Assembly: GCF_000150275.1 (NCBI RefSeq)
Contig: NW_002060944.1
Location: 437,614 to 501,613 of the forward strand
DNA from: Trichoplax adhaerens
Lineage: Eukaryota; Animalia; Placozoa
Direction of reading: 5' to 3'
DNA: 64,000 bases
Shown: positions 1 to 14,300 of the stretch, one piece after another
How the letters are laid out: every line of letters starts with the position of its first letter
Position numbering within the stretch: position 1 is the first letter of the stretch
Program-made: the position numbers and the translations under genes
Notes under the pieces: generated by a model
Told to the model about the DNA's origin: nothing
Database searches by the model: none
Seen by the model: the letters and a program-made list of their open reading frames with translations, nothing else

Positions 1-108
1 TATAGAATTATTCACGAGATAAATATGAAAGTCAGATATGATGATAGAAGTTTAAAATTAATTTATACTTCTTTCCAAGCTTGCAGATAGTCAATAAGAA
101 CATCTTAC

Positions 109-3100
109 ATCTTAGCATGCTTCTCCAATTGTGCTTCTCTAGAGCCAGGTTTAGGAGCTTGTCCAGGTTTATGAAACTGAAATCCATTGAAAGGATTCGA
201 TGCATTGAAACGGTAGGAACTATTGTCAGGCTTGATGAATCCTGTATTGTTGACTGAAATGTGGAATAGAAATAAAAAATTAGCAGAAAATAGTTAAGGA
301 AATAGTATTAATCTGAAAGTGGCAAATCAATTCCATTCGACGGATATCGCGTATAATAGGTTGATTCTGAGTAACAGCTTGGACACTTTTTTTAGCGTTA
401 CAACGATAAATATATCTAAATACATAGTGTTCTAATAGGCTAAATATATAAAGGGAACTGATAGACGGCTGAAAAGTTTATTTCATGTTACTCAGCTGTT
501 AGCCACTTTTGGAGCTAGACCTTTACTTTTATTATCTAGTAGAATCTTGACAATAAATTTAATATACATTTCGATAGTGTATCATTATAATTTTGTATGT
601 CTTAAGTTCGATTTAGATACTACTATTTGCACTATTTCTATTTTTAAGTAGCTGGGCTTATTTATTCATTGTCGATAGAGAGTTCTAGTGCTGCTCGAAA
701 TTAGCTCAAGATTACAAATACATCATCGCATCGGTGTGAATTTCTTAAGATAAGTTTAGGAGCTTTATTTTTGGTATTTGAGCTTCTGAACAACTTATTT
801 GTAGAATCATACCCATTTCATAATATTTCTTTCATTGCATACATTTCAGGCTATGAAAGAAGGATATATATATATTATATATGTACGGAAATTGATAGGG
901 TCTGCATATGACAGGTAGACTAAATTTGGAGAATTTGCCTAATAAACCTCATGAAATGAAAGAATAATATACTGCAGGTAATGAAGAAATCGTATATTCA
1001 CAAAGAATTGATAACTGAGACTACGGTTGCTGTTTTGGATTACATAATTACCAGTGGCCTCTTAATTAGATCTATCATATATATTTGGATGATACGAATT
1101 TCATTTATTTCAGTGTTAATCTAAACCAAAGTAAGCACTTTTATGGCAATATATCTATTCGGAGCCATGATCTAGTGATCCCATTGGTGAATTAAACTAT
1201 ACACTAATGTCGCAATTTTGGACTTGCAAAACGAAATATACTCGTCTGCTAATCCGTAAGTAAATATAAACTAAGATCTGATGTTTTCCTACTTTCTCAA
1301 ATTGTAAGTTTATTTTCATTATATGATATCTATAATTAAATTATGGTATCTAAGCATAATGATAAAGCACTGACATTTGATATTGATAAAGATGACTGCT
1401 GAATGAATTACAGTTTAAAATAACAGATTGAATAAAAGGCTGGCCAATTTGTATTTTTTATACGCTGAGTAATCCTTTTATTAATCGCTAATAGTATCGT
1501 CGAGATATAGCGCGATTATTAAAGTTAATAAAGACTCTATAGCTCCTAAAATCTCTAGATTTCTATCAAAATTATTCATGGCAGATTTAAGTTGTAAATT
1601 TTTTCAGCGACGATTGCAAACACATTCTTTCGAAAGTATTTTAATTGAAGGATTAATTTGATGTATCCTAGATATTCTGTCTATCAATACACTTGATACC
1701 GGTAGTTTTCAGTAATTCGCAGATGGTTAACTTCGATTCAGAATTATTGATGTAAAATTACCATACAAGGAAACAGATAACCAAACTACACTATATTAAT
1801 TTATTAATATGACTTAATTGTCTTTCGAATAAACGGCATTGAAATGGAATAGGATAATATTGTAATTCGTGAATAGTCTGGAAAGAGAATGGCAGCCGAT
1901 TGAAATGTACCATTTTCAATGAAATCACTAGAGAAGCTACTATGGCAATCAAGTATGTGATACAATAAATTTTTGTGAACTTTTAAAGGAAAATTTAGTT
2001 TCACGGATGATATTATTTCCTCGGCTGGAGTTTAGTGATAGTGGCCATATAAACGGTATACCGTTATGATTAATTCGACATAATAGGCTTGTTTAAATTA
2101 AGGAAAGTGACTTGTGAATCTTAGCAATTTCAGCTGAGAGCTAGAGTAAGTCTACAATTAGAACTGTAACTAATCAGGCTGGAATTGGGCGAAATACAAG
2201 CAGATGTTTGACATATAAAAAAACTTGAAATATAAAAATGGATTGAAAAGGAGACTTTGGGAAGATAATTCAATCTCTATATAAATAGAATAATGATACT
2301 GTAGGAAGAATGGAATGAAATTTGACAATGTAAACACTCTATTTCTAAGGAATCAAAGGATCGGTAATAAAATAGTATCAATTTAGAGAAAGTGTAACGT
2401 TCTTCCTATAAGTGTCAGCAATTAGGCTAGCCTACACGAAATTATCGGCCAATATAGTCAGAATTAATTAAAAAAGAAATCTACAAGAATTTTTTAAGGA
2501 ACTGAAATATAAATGGAGGTAAACACTTGCATAGATAGAATTGATCTGTATGGAAGAGAAAAAATTGTTCTACGCTCCTTTTTCTAGTAATTGTTGTTGA
2601 CAGTTTTACTTGCTAACACTCGTTAAATTATTTGAATAGAGTGGAGACTAATATAAATATGAATAGACATTATTTCATGAGCGATCTGTATTGAAACAGA
2701 ATTGACGCTAACTGGCATAGAATTGACAAGCGATGGGAGTTTAGTACACCTCTATTGCCAATTCTTAATAGTTCATACTACTTTAGGACTTACCTGACGA
2801 ATTTGAAGGTCTTCCTGAGGAATCTAAACAGATCGAAAGAAAATATAATGAAAATGCTAGAATGAAAACAGAATCTTCTCTATTACTTACGCGGTAATTC
2901 ATGAAAAAGTAGAAAAGTTATTATTTTTAGGACTTACTCGTTGAATTCGAAGGTTTTCCTGAAGAAGCTAAATAGATCGCAAGAAAAATACAATAACAAT
3001 GTTAGAATGCAAATGAGATCTTCTCTATCCTCTGTAATCATAAAACAGTGGAGGATAAATTAAATTTAAAATTAACTGTATGGACTATGCCAAGGTGTGA

Positions 3101-5741
3101 AATGCCCAATACAAAAGAAATATACGTAATTTAACAAAATTTAAGAATTAGAAATGGTGAGAGAATAATTCAGGAATAGATAGTCAAGACTATCGTAATG
3201 ATCCTTCACAACATAATTCAGTTTTGATCCTAACTAGTCTGTACATTAATTTCTCTTCAGAATAGATCTGATAGAGTACAGGAATACTCTATCTTTGACT
3301 ATATAGCGATGAGTCTAAGATTAACAGTAGTCCATTTAATAAAACTGGGGGCCAAGGCCTATTTAGGGAGGTTAAATAAATAACTGTAACAATCTTATCC
3401 TTAAGGTGATGAAAGCCCTCAACAATTCAGCATGTGTAAATTAGTCTGTAGTGCAGTAACTGCTATGCCATTGATAAATAGCATTTATTTTTTATCATTT
3501 CATTTTATATCTTACCATAACACTGGATGGTATATCGCAAATATTTCGTCTATCCTAATAGAAATTGACTATCGCTACTTTTTTTATTATGAAATGATAT
3601 TGAGGTAATTGTCAACAGTAGTGAAACAATTCCTTGCTGTGGCTAACCTGCCATCTATTTAAAATTTTGATATAATTCTAAATCTAGGATAGTGACTGAT
3701 AACTGAATGGCTAATGCAATCTCTTAAATAGGGCAAACTAACTATTCAGGGCATTTCATTTTCACTTATTACATGAAATACAATAAAATCACCAATTGCA
3801 AATACGAAAAGCAAATAATTACATTTGTAACTACACACCATAGAGATATAAGGTAAATAACTCATTCTAGATAGCAATATACTTATTTATGAAGATTATA
3901 GATAAATTAATTTAATAAAGTCGACTGCTTATGTAATTGAACCCAAAGATGATTATCTTGTTTCAGTGACCTTAATAAATTTATTGGCAATCATATCTTT
4001 ATCAAGACTCTTTTAAGATTCTAACGTTCATTAGCCCTATTATCCTATACTACAATATTTTGCAGGGAGTAATGAAATTGTTGGCTATTACATTCGAAAG
4101 TGTACTGCTCTAGTATTTAATACTGTTATGAACGACGATTATGAACAAAGAGCCATCGTTCAATCATCTCGATGCTGCTTTATTGTGGGATAGGAAAATC
4201 GCTTGTGAGTTTCTTTTAGTATAGAAATCTTTGTTAATGTTGAATTAAAATTAGGGATCCCAAAAGAAAAGAGAGCTAACGTACCATTTCTTTATTTTTT
4301 TACTCATATGTGTGGCTTCATTCATATCTGCATAATGATTAAAGTTTTAAGCTCAAAATTTTCCGATATAGGAAGCACTACAAGAGTATTCTGATCTACT
4401 AACTGGTTTTGCTTCAATACCGCTATATTACTCTATCAGGAAAATGGGTATGAGCTGAAAATTATTTGATACCGGCCTATAATTTATGTACTATGTTTAA
4501 GTTACTGAACTGTGAATCTAACACTCTATTACCAATAAAAGATTTCAACGGGAAATGATGCTACTGATGTTGAAGGTGTTCAAGCAGTGTATAACATTAG
4601 AAAAAGCACTTTGCCACTAAAAGTGGACCATATAAACGCAATTACACATCATTTCTAATCGGTAAACCGCTTAAAGTTTAAGGCCATTAGTGCACGTATG
4701 TAAGTAAGTAAGTAAGAAAATTCTGTTAATTGCAATGTTAATGCAATTTCATAACGTATGAAACTGCCGTCGTCTGCGAAGGTGCTTTCTAGTAGAAGGT
4801 GGGATATTAGTAGATATAAAATAAAAAATATTTGTATAAATAACTATTAATTATCGATTATCTATTTCATGCATTATTTTCCACTGATTAGCTAGTGGAG
4901 CAGTAAATTCTGCTTTTAATTTTATTTAATCAACTATGGCAATGTGTAGAACATTTTCCATAGTGTAAGAAACGAATAGAGAAAAAGAACTCAAGCGAGA
5001 ATAACGTAGCAAAAGAGGGTGGATAATAAGATGAAGGCATATTAGTAACACGAGTACGTTATGACACTGTTACTCGATGGATACTTCAGTTCAGTCGCAA
5101 TACAGTGGATAAATTACTGTAGCGATAAGTGTAGCGATAAAGTAAAGAAAAATGCACTAGTACGCAAATTATTAACCGACAGTAGATAGGATATAATTCT
5201 TTTTCACTACTGGTACTCTGAGAAAATTTTTAAATTAAAGTCACTAGTATAGATTGGATTAGATGAGAATAATATCAATGGCCGCATCAGTTAAGCTTGA
5301 TCAAGAAGAATTCTCAACTCGATTACCCATTTTAGTCTGCATCCTAAACTAAGCTCATGTCGTTACATCAACTAATTCGATGGAATTCAACAAATAAGTT
5401 TGCATTAGCTGCTTAGTTTTCTTCTATAAAATTCAATTCTATAGAAAATACGCTCATAATTTTCATTGATTAAATGACATGCTTAACTAAACATAAGGCA
5501 GAGTGAATTTATGCTAGTATCCTTCCTATTTAATATTATAGAATTACTAATTACGAATAATATGATCAAGATTTCACAAATTGGTATAAAAATAAATAAT
5601 ATTCCGCTAATATTCCCTTTCAATTTGATTTGCATTTTATGTTACTATAGCTTGTAATTAAATGAACTTAATCAGAAACTTACCGGCTTCTTGAAAAATG
5701 AAAAGCATGGCTATCAAAGCCAAAAATGCATATTTCATCAT
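109..5741 (-). CDS. 5' part of mesothelin/otoancorin-like paralog A (continues off the left edge)
   Basis: Exon 5684-5741 encodes signal peptide MMKYAFLALIAMLFIFQEA followed by a GTAAG donor. Two 30-nt phase-1 microexons at 2938-2967 (ASSGKPSNST) and 2794-2823 (xSSGRPSNSS). Exon 109-253 (NNTGFIKPDNSSYRFNASNPFNGFQFHKPGQAPKPGSREAQLEKHAK) closely matches the exon near 15988-16152 of the upstream paralog. Confidence 0.8.
2783..3030. repeat. ~144-bp tandem duplication, each unit containing one microexon with flanking intron
   Basis: ttaggacttac...ctaaa(c/t)agatcg...aatg(c/t)tagaatg...atcttctctat occurs at ~2783 and again at ~2927. Confidence 0.85.
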
Positions 5742-6425
5742 GATGAAAATTTTTTCCTTTACTACTTGAATGAATCGTTTCAATCAAATTAGCCTCCAAA
5801 TTAACCGTAGATTGCAACAGGCTAAAGGATGATAGAATAACTAGGTAAGATACGCTATCAATTTAAAGTTAAGTAATTAAAAAAGTAGCGTATCACAGAC
5901 TACAAATTAAAGACAAGTAAAAAAAATATTAATGGGCCAATGCGAAAGATTTAGATTATGATCTTAATGATGTGGGAAACAATTCTAGATTCATTGCTTT
6001 TTATTAATTTAAAAGAGCCCATTCAATCATCAACTTGATGATAAGGCATCTATAGTTGAAAATAACAACAACAACGACAGCAATAACAACAACAAGTAGA
6101 TAATAACGGCCACGGACTAGACAATTCTATCTAAATATGGATAAAGCGAAAAGTATTCATGGTCCTTTGTAGAGTAATCTTGCCATTGATTAGAATAGGG
6201 ACACTTAATCTCTATCCAGTATTTCACTACAGGGCGAAGTTATTGTAGTAAATATCGGATGACGGCGATGATAATTGAATAAAAGTAAAAATAAAATGCA
6301 ATAGCTATCTAGTTGAATTCGATTGATATAACTATAGAAATAAATTGATAGTCAAGATACGGTAACTTGTCAACAATAGTAACAATCAGCTATTGTTATC
6401 AGATCGATTTATTGTCGTTTCGATA
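5742..6425 (-). promoter_or_regulatory. 5'UTR/promoter of paralog A, alignable to 20654-21335
   Basis: Shared colinear blocks ttcat(t/g)gctttt(t)att, cattcaatcat, atagtt..aaataacaaca, cacg(g/a)actagacaat, aacaat..aacaatcag..ttgttat. Confidence 0.6.
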
Positions 6426-8306
6426 GCATGGCAACATGAGATGACGTGATTAAAATATAAATCATTCAATTGCTTTCTAGTCTATTCGAATGATTGAACG
6501 TGTCCTCCTATCTACTCTATATTTAGGTGGACTTCATGCTGGTCCAAGCCATTGAAAATGAATTAAATCCGAGATAGATTATGAGAGACTTAACTAGATC
6601 ATATTTACATTTTCATCTCTATTTTTTTCCATATTTATCATGGTGATATTGAATATCAACAATCCTATACATAACTATTTGCATTAACTCCGCCTAAAGG
6701 GAGAGGATAGGCGACTTTAGAAAACCCGTTGCTAATAGGGAATTGTGTGGGTAGGTTGATTACTTCAATAATTTACCGCACTCGTTAAATTGTAACAACA
6801 TGCAGTCCAGCAATTCAAAACAGTGACATCACACATCGATCACTGAATATAGACAAGAGCTCTTTCTATTATAGCCAGCTTGATTAAATCGTTAAATCTC
6901 TGTATATTGAGAAAGACCAAAATTATTTCCATCAATGACATAATGGATTTTTTTCGTTTACTGAGAGAGTGCAGTATAACCATCGATTATTATCGCGCAG
7001 TACCGCAAAATAGCATTTTTATACGATGGATAAAGTAGAATTGTACATTCTTACATGTATAGCAACAGTCACTGATTTGATTTATAAGCCATGAAGGGAT
7101 AAGGTAGTAAACTCAAAAGATATAAATTAATGATCTAAGAACCCTTTGTACGCATATATCCACGGGATCATGGATTATATTTTAGAAATATTCGTATCTA
7201 TTACGATCTATACGGTAGCACACGTTTGCTTGATACCCTTGATGGGCAATCGATGTCCACTTATAGTCTACTTTCAATAGTAAAGCCTCTACATAATTAT
7301 AACCGATGTGTCTTTAAAGTAGATAAGAGAAGTGAGCTATCACAATCTTATACTCTATGATGCATTTAACGTCATACTAAATTGAAAATTAATGTAATCA
7401 GCCCAATAGAGGTAGAAATAGACGATAAACAGAAGTTAATTGTGATGTGAATAGTTTAAAGGTCGAAGGAGCATTTACAGCCCATAGATAGAGTATATTG
7501 AGGCAATAATATCGATAATTAAGAAAAAATACTTGTGTATATATGCAAATGGGCAGCAATCACTGACTTGATTCATAGGCAATGAAGAGATAACAAAAGT
7601 AAATCTAATATCAGCAAATTTCTGTTCTATGAGAGTATTTGTATGTCATTATTGCCCGCTACTAGTCACTTTTGGTCCGATTTTAATTGTGAAATACTAT
7701 ACAGCCAATTCTATACATATACGGTAGCTCCAGTAGTAAAGAGCAAACGAATAGTGACAGTTCTAAATCCTATCAGATTTGTTTAAGTTTGAATAAAATT
7801 AGTCATTCGATCAAAAAGACAAAATTGGTCCGAACAATAATTTATTAGTGTGGAGTACGAACGCCCCCGAAAAGCCAAAGTACTATAGTTAAAACAAGAG
7901 CAGGATGGTTGTTAGAAACCCTTGTTTAAACGGCTATCTGCAGGTTCAGTCTGTTTAAGACTTGATGACAGCACATCTAAATACGGGACATGCTACCTTT
8001 ATATTAAATTAAGTTAATTTCAAGCACACAGACGATAAATCAATATTTAGGGTAGCTACATATATTCAAATTTCATTGTTACTTCCAAGAGTTAATATCC
8101 ACATGACAATTTAGTTATAAAGGGTTAAAATTTATACGTCTCGGTAAGTACTGTTTCATAAGTACGAGTACCGTATCCGAGGAGAAATTACTTGTTATCA
8201 TAAAATGGACCAAAGTCAAGTAGATATTTATAATGAAGTTAAATTGATGAACGGCGTTCTAAAACTACGTAGACAAAAAATAGTGTAGTTCTAGCTAGAA
8301 AAGGAA

Positions 8307-11300
8307 TTAAAGACTCCCCATGGCGAAAACAACGCATATCACTAAAGACAGACCAGCTCTGATTGTGGTAGCAGCAGCTAGAAAAAAATTCAAGTGTTAT
8401 ATTTAGGATATGAGGCATGATCTACCGTATAATTACGAGACCTCGTGAATATAATTTATTAACATATACAGCATACTAGTAATATACAGTATTAACTTAC
8501 ATGTCGTTGTAGACTTTACTGTCGTCGCAGGAGTTGCTGTAGTTTCGGTGACATAATTATCACCTTGCTGAGCTTGATTTAAAGCTTGTACTTGAGCTGG
8601 TGACAAGGAAGATTTCTGGGCCGCAGTCACCGCGCTAGCTTGGCTTTCATCAAATTGGCCAATTTGACCACTTGAGAATTTCTAGACATATCCGTGGAGA
8701 GTGAGTTAAATAATGTTGATAAAGCATAACTTTCAAATTTTGTGCCTAAAACTTACTGCTAACTGACCACCAGGAAAAAGTTTAATTGCATCCGCTTTCA
8801 TCACATTAATTGCATCTCTACTTAGCGATGAAAGATCAGCAGCATCACAGCCTCCTGTTACGTGTGCAGGCATAAAGTAGAAATGATGGTTAACTACAGT
8901 TTCGAATTATAATCATACTAATGGTATTATAGTATCTAAGGATAAGTAGATTTTTTAGCTATAAACCTAAAACAGCTCCTGCACTTCGAACAGATGCAGT
9001 TTCCCATGTTGAAACTGTGCTACCAAACGATTTCTTGGCTTTAGAGCACAACTGCTGCAACTGAGTTAATGACATTCCTGACACAACTCCGATAGTATCC
9101 GCTGCATCTCTAATAACATTATTTGTAAAATATAAACAACGAAAGTGAGTATAGCTAGCACTAAATATACTTTCACAACTGCGAAAAGTTTAATATGCAA
9201 TAGCCTAGGCAGGCTCATTGACTTACTCATAGGCTTGCGGAGTCATTTTACCCAAATCCGATGCTGATAATCCAGGTAACATATTCTTAATTGCAAGAAA
9301 TCGACTCGCTGGCCAGGTAGATACATCCGATCCGGCGAAATGAGACTTGACTTTAGCTATTAGTTGCGTTAGCTGTATTGTGTCATAATTTCAAATACCA
9401 TGAATATCGATATGTTGGATTGGTAAGAATAATGTTAGTGTACTTGTAGGCTATATTTTTATATTGTAGCCTAATATATCTATCTTCATGCGACATCAAC
9501 AAAAGAAAGTAATTTTCTATTTATTTGGGATTTTACCTGTGACGAGTTCCATGCTTGTTCTCCTAAAGCAGATACTGCATCAGCACTTGTCAAATTTAAT
9601 TTGTCTAGATCAGATGCATTAAATCCAGTCATAATCTTTCCAAGAGAATGTATCATGTCAGGGGAGAAACGATCCAAACTGCCCCAGTACTGCAGATTAA
9701 TAGCATAGTTGTTATCATTAAATCGAAATAACACTAAAACTGAACTTTTCAGACATAGAAATTTGTGTTACAAGTTCTAAAAGTACATTCTCAATTTGAG
9801 GATTCTCGTTTTTTTCAGTCTTTATATGCAGCATTTTAGCTCCGTGGTGTTTTAAGATTTTAAATAAGTATACCTTTTTTATAATTTATCTAAGAGAATG
9901 GTTTTATACAAGATAAAGTTATCAGAGTATAAAAATTCATTTCTCTTCAATTATAGAAATTTTGGAGACAGATTAATCAAACTTTCAGTCAAAACCGCAA
10001 TAACTTAATGCGATGATTCCACTGAGTCAGAAAATATTCGTACCTGTTTTGCTCTTGCTGCCAGCGCGTGAATTTGTTCTTTAGATAGTGATGCATTTCC
10101 TAAAGTTTCAATTGAATCCGCAAAGGTAGCATTATCCATATTTTTAATATGGTTGCTAGTTAACCCTGTGGATAAATCGCTTCCGAGAGAGAGGATATCA
10201 TAAGATGAAATAGTATTTGTGGCTCGTCTTTTCCTAGTTGTATTATTAATTTCGAAATATTTCGAGACGATAACTGCTTTTGTGGAAGGCAAAAATTTTT
10301 CACCATTAAAACTAGCAATGGAAAAGCGGACAGCATCCTATTACAGCGGTGGAAATTATAAATTCAGTCATTATTTAAATTTCTACATTGTAATACTTTG
10401 TCATGATACTCGAATAAGTTAGATTTTTTATGTTTTCTGTTAATTGAGTAATTACTTCTAGATTATGATATATTTCCGAGGTACACCATTTATACCGTAT
10501 TTTATGTATATGAATGGAAAAATTTTTACCGGATTTAATTTCTTCAATTCTGTTGGTGTAAAGCCATCCAAACATGGCCCAAGGTCGCGAACCGTTTCTG
10601 AAGGTAACCCTCGCATCGGATCGGCCGTATTTCCCGGATATCTTGAATGTGAAAGTCATTCGTTTATTAGATCATGATACTACAGCTTAATAATTAGTAA
10701 ACACAAAATAGATTTTCTAAAAGGCACGATAAAGTTAGTATTCCCTTTCTCTACGCACAACGATTATACCTGCAATCAAAATTAGAGTAACTGTTACAAC
10801 ATACCCTACAGCCATCTTGGTACGATTTGCAATTTCCATCTTCAATGCTAAAGGTAAACAAGGTGTTCTGCACATGGAATATAAATGATTGGATAAGACA
10901 TCCTTAGGAATTCTACGAATATGAGCCACTTTCATGCCACAAGCTAGTTTTCCAAAGCTGAGGATGTCGTCATCAGTAAAATTCATACTATTATCTTTTC
11001 CCTATCATCACCAATGACGTTTCCATTATAAACAATCAAAGCTAGCTAAAAATCATATCATTTAGCCTAAGTAGTTTTTCGTCTCAAAGCTTAATTGGGT
11101 AAACTTACGTAGCATCGAATAGCAGCATCAAGTCGCCTTTGATAAGCGCGAATATGTGCACCTTCAAAATTGCCTGAGCTGCCTATAATTCGAATAGCTT
11201 CGCGACATGTGGTATTAGTCATATTACCAATCTCCTCAGGCCTAGAAAAATTTTTGTAAAAATTGAAATTATTTAGCATATCATCAGCCAATTGTATCCT

Positions 11301-14300
11301 ATGCGACCGCGTATAAAAAAATAAAAGATCTAGAGTAATTTCATAACTGAAAACCAAAAAAGAAATAGCGCTATCGATCGACGCAAAATGTGACGGAATA
11401 AATTAGTGCGATTCTACTCTGATATTTAATAACTGAAATAGGAGAAGAGAAAACAGAACAAGTCTTCATTGTTATAAATGAATTTCAACTTACGTTAAGA
11501 AAGCCAGGGTTTGGCCAGCGATGTTAAGGTCGCCGGTAGTAATAGAAGAGAAATTCCTAGCGTCCTGAATTGCCATGCAAGTTTTAAACATACCATATAA
11601 GATTTTAATTTGACCAATACTCCAATCATTGCGAGCAGTTAAAACGGTCAGCGTGTCAATGCAGCCATCAAATGGTAGTTGAGACAAATTAGCATGAGTC
11701 ATTCCAGTAATTAGGCTACCCATTTTCCTATTAACCAGGGCAGTAGTGATAATACTTAAAAATGGAAGTCTCAACATTTCGTTACTGATATACTCAGATT
11801 AGGAGATCCAAATAGGAATATTAATTATCAATGCCGCTGAGTTTTTAAGAGAGTAATTGGATATCGGTATGAAGAGACACTATTGCAAAATGCAAGCTGT
11901 TGATGAAGTTTAGTGTGTCTTAAGAGTAATGAAAAGTATGTTTATTTTCGTTTTTATTATACTGATATTATAAGGTAAAATTAAGGGATAATCGAAAATT
12001 GCTGATAAGTATCAATAACTCATAGCTAGTGAACCAGCAATATTTTCCTGAATCAAGGTAGTACTATCATATATCTATATTAATCGATATGTTTTATCCT
12101 GACCTTATATTTTCAAAACCATAATTGCTGCTACTTGTGTTTTGGATATCACCATACTGAACCAAATACAAGTTGATCAATTTTAAAGCCTGTGAATACC
12201 ACGAGAGGTAAATCCAGTTAAATCAGATAATATCAAGTATACGGAGAGAAAATAGAATACTCACTTGGCCCTTTGACCACTTAGGCTGATTTTCACCAGT
12301 AACATTTAAATCGTCAAAAGTGATGTCACTTAAATTTCTGAACGGAATATCTTGTACTAATTCGCTGATGTTAACCAAAATAGTTCGGAAATCGCTACCC
12401 AACTGGTAGTTGAAATAAGAAATTGATTGATTGATGAATGTATTAAAATTTATAGAGTTCATGTTGTACATTGTACAATTTAGGTACTGCAGCTTGAAAT
12501 TTCAGAGATTGTAGCTAACATTTCAAATTACGGTACAACCTTGTATATGCTACTGATAGTCTTGATTAACGCGTCATAATTACAAGATAATTTAGTAGAA
12601 GAAGACTTTTAAAAATGTTCTAATACGTAAACTTACTTTCTGGATAATTTTACGACGTGTAATCTTGCGTAGATTTTTAGCGTGAGCTTTGAAAGTGGAT
12701 ATCGAATCTTTAATTGTATTTTTGCTCAATTGATCGACATCTGATGTTGAAAGACCAGTGACTAAGCTGCCTAATTGCTGAACATGGGAAGATGACCATG
12801 TTTTGACCTATTAGAGAGAATGGATTAGCATCTATCCGATATCTTAAAAATATAACGATATCAAATGATGGCAGTGAGTCTTTCATTATTATACCTTTCC
12901 CCATGTCGCTGAAGTAGCTTGTTTAATGTGATTTAGCAAAATACGTCCCTAACAATAGTAATTTCAGTATCTCGATTTATTGGCATTTACAGATTCTATT
13001 CGTCGTTATCATATTAAATAGTTTCCTTTAACTTACATTCTGCCTATCAAAGTCAATAGTACTCAAGTTAGAAAGAGAGTCCAAAACGGCACTTCGATTT
13101 AATTGTAGTAGCGATGATCTCCCGATTGATTTTGCGATGCTACCGATGTTACTAATATCAGCAGCTGACCAATTCTTTGGATTACCATATATTTCGATAG
13201 CCCTTTTACCTAAGGCTGCTCTCTGTTTATTCCATGATCGTAGTTGAAATTGACATATAAAATAATGAAAAGGTTTTTAAATTTCATTTCATAGGGAAAG
13301 ATTTTAGGATATCGAGTAATACTTGTTTAAAGCTTACCTGAGCAGCTTTCAACGATTGCTTGCCAAGATCTTTGAATGTTTCCCTTAAAGTACTTTTAGG
13401 TAGTTTTTGTAAAGTCGAGAGAGGTAATGCTTTCCTTAGTACTCCAATTCTGAATTAATGAATAGAAATACGATTTGATGAAGCTCAACACCATTTACAT
13501 ATTGATGTATTTCTCTATAGTGAACTGTTTTAGGTTAGAAAATTCTTCAAGTCCGAACTCTTCGATTAGAATACGCAGTAGCTTTCACTTTGTATATTGT
13601 TACAGATCGAAAAGGAAATAACAAGAGTAAGGCAACAATATGATAGTAATCGGCAAATTTTCTACGCTTATTTATGCTGTGCGGTTGAAAAGAGTAAGCA
13701 GAGTGACTATTCATAATATCTTAACTATTTTATTTCATCTGCGAAATAATTTATAAAATCTTAATGGTAGTAACTAATCGAATATGATGAAGCAAGAGCA
13801 CGGCAATATTGGAATGAAAATCGGTAGTTTGCCTTTGCCTATTAATGCTATAGACTTACTCAGGAATATTTTAACTGCAAGACTCCTAATAGTACAGCAT
13901 AGATGAAAAATTGAGATAGATACAAAATAGCGTTTGCAAAGTTGTCTACTTACTGCTTCATAACGGTCATATTCCATGTTTTAGGACTACCCCATACTGT
14001 AGTCAATTTGTTAAGGATAATATGAGCAACTTCGCGAGGTAAATTAGCTCCAACGCCTGGTGTTTTGAAATAGGTTTTAACAAACGCTGCAACCTAATCG
14101 TATTAAATGGAATAAAACCTTAATGTTTTTGAATCATTTCACGTTAATTTATTATTGGTGAGATACCAGTTTAAGATTAAGATATGAATGGTAGCCTCTA
14201 AAGTATGCATTAGTGAATCACGCCAAAGAAATAATTCCTTTAAGCAACACCAATTACATTAAACCCAATGATACAGCTAAATGATTATAACAGATTGGTT

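Noticed and set aside
1804-2004. 66-aa ORF
   Set aside because: Intronic, non-ATG start, no homology or splice support
10219-10677. Plus-strand ORFs 10219-10422 and 10465-10677 (likewise 14552, 14902, 24340, 24797)
   Set aside because: Antisense shadows of real minus-strand exons
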